Positions 34,519-39,560 of a stretch of 39,560 nucleotides of DNA are shown here, piece after piece (positions within the stretch are counted from its first letter, which is position 1; each line of letters starts with the position of its first letter). A program made the translations under genes and the position numbers. This DNA comes from a virus (taxonomy: Duplodnaviria; Caudoviricetes). The stretch spans positions 1 through 39,560 of the IMG/VR virus record IMGVR_UViG_3300017700_000621. One strand, given 5' to 3'. The notes under the pieces were generated by a model, which searched no databases, had not been told where the DNA came from, and saw nothing but the letters and a program-made list of their open reading frames with translations.

Positions 34519-36660
34519 TTACCACGTCGCGATTGCCACGCGCTTCCAAGTGTCCGTTGCGGTGCAGACGTAGAGGTAGTTCGCGTCCCACGCGATTGTC
34601 CCGGCGACACCCGCAGCGGCGGCGCTGGCCGGGGTCACGGACACGGAAAGAATGAACCGCCCGGACGTCAGAATCTTTGCCAAGCTCGTCCAGGTGTAAT
34701 TCCCGTCCGTGCTGTAATAGCCGATGTCCGCCGCGACGCCGCTCGAAGGATCGCCGGCGACACGCACGCCGATGCTCGTGGCGTCCATGCCGATGCCGCT
34801 GAAGGTATTTCCCACCTGATACAGCGCCATGATCCGCTTCTGATTCGCGAGCGACGCGCCGCCATTGATGCAGGGAAATGTCGCCCCGGAGAGGATCAGC
34901 GAATGAACCGTCACAGACGCCTGAATAACGTGGTCAAGCAGGCTGCGGTATTCCGTGTCCGTAGCCCGTTGGATGAAGTTGCCGGTCGAAATGCCCGTGG
35001 GCCATGCCGTCGCGACGTAGCCCGTGGTCAGTCGGTTGTATTGGCCCGAGTTCACCGATGCCACCATGTAAGTCGCCGCCGTGGCGAGCACGGTGGCGGA
35101 CCCGATTTGATTCAGGATCGTGTTGCTCGTCGCGTCCAACTTCACGGCGTTGATCGTGGTCGCGCCGATGGTCGTCCACAGGTGATCCACCGCGCAGCCG
35201 TTGCAGGACAGCATCGACACGCCATAGACGTTTTGCTCGTTGCCGCAGTTCGCGACGACGCAGGCAAGGCAGTTGGACAGGTAGAACGCAGCGCCGGCGT
35301 TGTGGTCGCCCGCGCACCCGTCGAACAGGGAATAGTTGCCCTGATCCATGCTGAAGCCGTGGCTCGCCCCGTTGAAGGACGCGCAGTCCGTGCACGTCAT
35401 AATGTAGGCGGACCCGGTGAACTTGAACCCCTCGGCGAGCGGGTAATAGACCAGGACATTCTTCAAATACGAGTGGATCGTCTTGTAGGTGGCGACGCCC
35501 ACATAGCAGTTTTGAATCAGGACGTTCTCGATGACCGCCTGCGCGTCTGACGTGACGCCCCGGATGGAGATGGCCGCGCCGGCGCTCGCCGTGCCCACCT
35601 GCCAGATCGAAAGGTTTTTGATCGTGATGCGGTCCTGCACGCTGCCCGGCGTCAGGCCGGTGGAGTCGAAGGACAGCCCGAGCGAAGTGGTCGAAGTCTT
35701 CCGCAGGATCGTCAGGTCGGAAGTCTCGCCATGCACCTCCACGCCGCGCTTCAGCGTGAGCACGCTGAACAGATAGACGCCCTCGGGGATGAACACCGCC
35801 TTGCCGCGCAGGGTGGTCATCGCGTCGCCCGTGCCCGCCGTGTCGATGGCTGCCTGAATCGAAGCCGTGTCGTCCGTGGCGTTGTCGCCCTTCGCGCCGA
35901 ACCACCGCACGTTGATCGGCCCGGAGTAGATGCGGAGCCACCGGCCCGTCCCCACGTTCGGCGCGACCACCGTGCCCACGTCTTCCGTCGCGGCGCTGGC
36001 GGACACGTAAACGAACGTCCCGCCGCCCTTGTCGCCCGGGGTGGCATACCCGCCGACGTGACACTGCTGACCGTTCAACAGGTCCGTGACGCTGACGGCC
36101 TTCAGCGCGGCCACGCTGTTCGCGTAAATGGCGTCACCCTCGGCAAACACCGCCGACACCGGGTCGTAAAGTTGCACCGCGTTGCCCGTGGCGTCGAAGC
36201 CGAGGATCTTTGCGGCACGACCGGCAGCTGCCGGCATGATGTTGCCCGTGCCGGCGACCTCGGATTCGGGGAACTGCACGCACCGATCGGTCGCTTCCTT
36301 CAGCTGCTGCGCCACCATCGTCAGCTTGTCCAGGGCGCGTTCGTGCGTCTCGGCGGGGAAGCGGTCGTTGTAAACGTAGTTCACGGACTGCGTGATCGCG
36401 ATGTCCCGCTTGATCGTGATGATGTCGCCGGCGTCCAAGTCCGCCGCCGTGCCGGCGATGGTCGTGACCGTGCCACCGTCCTCGTCCGCCGCGCCGGAAA
36501 TGGTGTAGTCCGTGCCCTTGACGAGCACGATGTCCGCAGGCGATGCGGCCTTGATGACTTTCACGTGGGCGTCCTCGAGGAAATAGAACGGGACGGGCAA
36601 CGCCTGCGCCGCCGAGGCGAGCGTGTATTGGATTTTAGCGGTGGATGTGGCGATGCTCAT
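34519..36660 (-). CDS. Tailspike/tail fibre with a beta-helix (putative polysaccharide depolymerase)
   Basis: T7 gp17-like N-terminal anchor ('HERALDKLTMVAQQL'); 'INVRWFGAKGDNATDDTASIQAAID' pectate-lyase-like start; beta-helix repeats; C-terminal 'WDANYLYVC..TWKR'. Confidence 0.88.
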   Translation of the reverse strand: MSIATSTAKIQYTLASAAQALPVPFYFLEDAHVKVIKAASPADIVLVKGTDYTISGAADEDGGTVTTIAGTAADLDAGDIITIKRDIAITQSVNYVYNDRFPAETHERALDKLTMVAQQLKEATDRCVQFPESEVAGTGNIMPAAAGRAAKILGFDATGNAVQLYDPVSAVFAEGDAIYANSVAALKAVSVTDLLNGQQCHVGGYATPGDKGGGTFVYVSASAATEDVGTVVAPNVGTGRWLRIYSGPINVRWFGAKGDNATDDTASIQAAIDTAGTGDAMTTLRGKAVFIPEGVYLFSVLTLKRGVEVHGETSDLTILRKTSTTSLGLSFDSTGLTPGSVQDRITIKNLSIWQVGTASAGAAISIRGVTSDAQAVIENVLIQNCYVGVATYKTIHSYLKNVLVYYPLAEGFKFTGSAYIMTCTDCASFNGASHGFSMDQGNYSLFDGCAGDHNAGAAFYLSNCLACVVANCGNEQNVYGVSMLSCNGCAVDHLWTTIGATTINAVKLDATSNTILNQIGSATVLATAATYMVASVNSGQYNRLTTGYVATAWPTGISTGNFIQRATDTEYRSLLDHVIQASVTVHSLILSGATFPCINGGASLANQKRIMALYQVGNTFSGIGMDATSIGVRVAGDPSSGVAADIGYYSTDGNYTWTSLAKILTSGRFILSVSVTPASAAAAGVAGTIAWDANYLYVCTATDTWKRVAIATW

Positions 36661-36696
36661 AGTGGGATTTACTAGGCGGGTTATCGGGGAAATGCA

Positions 36697-39560
36697 CTAC
36701 CGATTGCGGACCCGGTTTCCGGGGGCTTGCTTCTCGCGCTCGAGGCGACGTTTTTCGACCTTCGTGCGGCCACCGCCGAGCAGCCAGTAGATCGGATCAC
36801 CGAACCACGGCAGCATCTTCCACGACTCGAATTCGCCGGGCTTGATCTCTTCGCCCTTCGCCACCTGACCGGCAGCGTCGAACACGTCGGCGATGGGATA
36901 GGTCAGGAACGGCGCGGGCGGGGTGACGAGTTCCATCGCCGCCTTCACCGGGTCTTTGTGGTCGCGGAAGCGCCAGAGATTCCACCGGCTGACGCCGATC
37001 AGCTTGAACACGTTGTCCACGGCGATGTCGGGCAGCTGCGGGTCGCGGCCCATGATGGCGTCTTTGATCCAGTCCACCGGGACGCCGACGAGGAACAGCA
37101 GCGCCGCCAGATGCGTCAGGTTGCGGAATCCCTGCACCTTCTGCTTCGCGTTGCCGTTTACGATCAGCGTGATCCCCTCGCGCCGGAAGCTGTCGATCTG
37201 CTTCAGCGTGTAGCTCTTCAGCATGTAGAACACGCGCCCGTTCGGGTGCCGCAGGTAGGCTTCGGGGTATTCGCTCGCCGTGATCGGCTGATAGTCGGCC
37301 AGGACGTTCCACACGGCGAACAGCGTGTCTTCAGTCTTCTGCCCAAGGGCGAGTTCCGTGACCACGCGGGCGCGGTCGGCAGGCGGGAAGGTCCGGGTGA
37401 TGATGTCCTGCGTGCGCTGCGACAGTTTACCCCGGCGCGCCTCGCGGGACATGGTGGCGAACTTCGCGTTCGTGATGGCTTCCTTGCCGATGCCGTCCAC
37501 GTAGGTCAGGCCGGTCAGCTTGAAGGTCAACTGAAGCAGCTTCGCCAGCTTGCCCGTGTCCTTGAACTCTTCGGCCATGGCTTCCAGCCCGAGATCCTTC
37601 TTCGAGATCTTCGACTTCTTCACGCCGGCGCGGGCTGCCGCCACCATCGTGTCGAACACGCCGTTCTCGTAGAGGCTGAAGGCGAGATCCTGAATCTGCG
37701 TGATGGCGCTCGTGACCTTGCCCATCGTCGTGATGTAGCCGAGCGTCTTGAAGGTCTTGATGAACTCGCTGCTGGCCTGCGTGGAAAACCGGGCCTCGAG
37801 CATGTCGGACACTTCGCGCTGTTGCGCCCGGGTGATCTCGCCGCTGGCGATCAGGGATTCGACATACCCGCCGATGCTGGCTTCCAGGTTGAGGCGCGAC
37901 GTCAGCCCCGGGCCGGCAGGGGCCACGGTCTGCCCGGACTTGCCGAAGAACCGGCGCTTCTCCACGGCCTGATTCATCGACTCCACGTAGGACATCAGGG
38001 CGTGCGCGCTGTCCGCGTAGAAGACGTTCGCGTTCATGTCCACCACGTCAGTTTTGCGCGCCTTCACGTTCGACGGCTTGCCGTCCTTCGGGCCGTAGCC
38101 ACGCAGCGCGCTGTTCACGACGTCGATCCGCTCTTCCAAGGTCAGGACGCGGCCCTGCGCCAGCGCCTTCGTGCCGGCCTCCGTCAACGCCTGTTCGATG
38201 GCCCCGGCCTGCGGCTGGCCGTAGTAGTGGGTCATCAGCCCGTCCACGTCCAAGACGTGCCGGGGAAAGTAGTCTGCGATCTCGCCGACGTCATACCCGA
38301 CGTCAATGGCCCGCTGCCGGGTGGCAGCCAGCAGCGCCTGCACCTGGGCGAAGGCACCCTGCATCCCGTAGGCGTTCAGCAGCCCGTCCCGGGTCTGCGT
38401 GTCGCCGTTCTTCAGGGCAAGGTCTAGCACCATGGCGTCGCTGTCCTTCATGCCCTCCATGGCCCGCAGGAAGGGGGTCACGGCCTCCATGTCGCGCAGC
38501 AGGGTCTGCCCAAGGCCGAACTCGAACTGCCGCATCTTGGCCTTCAGGGATGGCGCGATGGCCCCCAGGCGGGTCGTCAGGGGCACGGCCACCCGGGCGA
38601 GGATGCTGGCCTGCTGCGTGCGCCGGACGGCCCCCACGCGCTGCGGGATGGACTGCCCGGACTGGATGGCCCGGATCAGCTGGCCGGTCGCGGCGAGGCG
38701 CTTGGCTTGGATGCGTGCCGCCTGCCCTTGCAGCGCCTGCTGTGCGTTCTGCGGGATGCCCGTCAGGGCGAAAGTCATGTCGTTGAACTGCGACAGGGCG
38801 TCCATCCGGCCCTTGTCGTCGCCGTCCTTGTATTCGATCAGGCGAAGCTTTGCCTTCTGCAAGATCGCCCGCACGTCGTCGGGGGTCGTGTCGGGGATGA
38901 TCGCGCCGGCCATCTCTTCCATCTTCACGCCGCGCTGAATCTTCGCCTCGAAGTATTCCGTGGGCATCGTGCGAAGCTTGTTCAGGAAGTCCGTCACCTG
39001 CTTCATCAGCGGGGCGGGCACGTCCTTGAAGTTCTCTTCCCACTTGTGACGGCCCATCGTGGCGAGTTCCTTGAAGGCCGTGCTCACTTCGTCCAGGTAG
39101 CCGAAGCGGTTTCCCTCGAAGCGGTAGAACGGCCTCAGGTCGTCGGCCAGTTTCAGGAACTCTTCGTTCGTCTCTTCCTTCAGCCCCTCCATCTGCTCCG
39201 TGGAAATGATCTGCTCGCCGGCTTTCTTCATCGCCGTGACGGTCTTGAACTCCACGGCCACGTTCGACCGGATCGACGGCACGCCGTAGTTGAAGCCTTC
39301 GCCGTCGCGCAGACCGCGCTTCATAATCCGCACGATGTTGTCGAGATCGTAGGGCAGGTTCCGATGGATGCCCGTGCTTTCGTTGTAGTCGCGCACCTGC
39401 TTGCCCTTGATGACGTCGCTGAATTTCTCCGTCACCCACTCGCGGAAAGGTTCGTTCAGGTTCGCGCTCGTGATCTGTCCCATCATCGCCTCGCGGCTGG
39501 CGTAGCGGTCCACCCGGGGGTTCTTCGTCAGGATGACGGATTCAGCCAGGTCTGCCACGA
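36697..39560 (-). CDS. Large polyvalent internal virion/ejection protein, C-terminal part (continued from 3412 to 1)
   Basis: In-frame continuation across the circular junction; 'GEGFNYG..YFEAKIQRGV' followed by a long helical C-terminal domain with hydrophobic segments. Confidence 0.85.
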   Translation of the reverse strand, partial: VADLAESVILTKNPRVDRYASREAMMGQITSANLNEPFREWVTEKFSDVIKGKQVRDYNESTGIHRNLPYDLDNIVRIMKRGLRDGEGFNYGVPSIRSNVAVEFKTVTAMKKAGEQIISTEQMEGLKEETNEEFLKLADDLRPFYRFEGNRFGYLDEVSTAFKELATMGRHKWEENFKDVPAPLMKQVTDFLNKLRTMPTEYFEAKIQRGVKMEEMAGAIIPDTTPDDVRAILQKAKLRLIEYKDGDDKGRMDALSQFNDMTFALTGIPQNAQQALQGQAARIQAKRLAATGQLIRAIQSGQSIPQRVGAVRRTQQASILARVAVPLTTRLGAIAPSLKAKMRQFEFGLGQTLLRDMEAVTPFLRAMEGMKDSDAMVLDLALKNGDTQTRDGLLNAYGMQGAFAQVQALLAATRQRAIDVGYDVGEIADYFPRHVLDVDGLMTHYYGQPQAGAIEQALTEAGTKALAQGRVLTLEERIDVVNSALRGYGPKDGKPSNVKARKTDVVDMNANVFYADSAHALMSYVESMNQAVEKRRFFGKSGQTVAPAGPGLTSRLNLEASIGGYVESLIASGEITRAQQREVSDMLEARFSTQASSEFIKTFKTLGYITTMGKVTSAITQIQDLAFSLYENGVFDTMVAAARAGVKKSKISKKDLGLEAMAEEFKDTGKLAKLLQLTFKLTGLTYVDGIGKEAITNAKFATMSREARRGKLSQRTQDIITRTFPPADRARVVTELALGQKTEDTLFAVWNVLADYQPITASEYPEAYLRHPNGRVFYMLKSYTLKQIDSFRREGITLIVNGNAKQKVQGFRNLTHLAALLFLVGVPVDWIKDAIMGRDPQLPDIAVDNVFKLIGVSRWNLWRFRDHKDPVKAAMELVTPPAPFLTYPIADVFDAAGQVAKGEEIKPGEFESWKMLPWFGDPIYWLLGGGRTKVEKRRLEREKQAPGNRVRNR
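39438..39560. repeat. Terminal direct repeat, copy 2 (circular-assembly overlap)
   Basis: Identical to bases 1-123. Confidence 0.97.

Noticed and set aside
34519-36660. Diversity-generating retroelement acting on the tail fibre, as in BPP-1
   Set aside because: No reverse transcriptase and no template/variable repeat pair were seen.

Overview
The window appears to be a complete, circularly assembled, GC-rich dsDNA phage genome of 39,437 bp; bases 1-123 are identical to 39438-39560. Its virion module is podovirus-like (T7/BPP-1-type portal, scaffold, capsid, tail tubular A/B, internal ejection proteins, tailspike), but I found no RNA polymerase, DNA polymerase, integrase or endolysin. Two arms diverge from a ~720-bp non-coding control region (23074-23796). 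The + strand early arm (23797-33452) carries an ERF recombinase, YqaJ exonuclease, HNH-like protein, putative replication protein, HerA-like ATPase, RuvC-like resolvase and many small ORFs. The - strand late arm runs from 23073 through the contig junction to 33424. Main points of interest: (1) three tandem glycosyltransferase-like genes between the small and large terminase genes, a candidate virion glycosylation system; (2) an early protein carrying the SufB/SufD C-terminal 'LFYLMSRG' motif, a possible SufC-binding mimic; (3) a ~2050-aa polyvalent ejection protein split by the contig ends, with a degenerate zincin motif and an ADP-ribosyltransferase-like module; (4) apparent avoidance of several restriction palindromes; (5) structured leaders and inverted repeats. 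All calls come from reading motifs and gene order; no database search was run.
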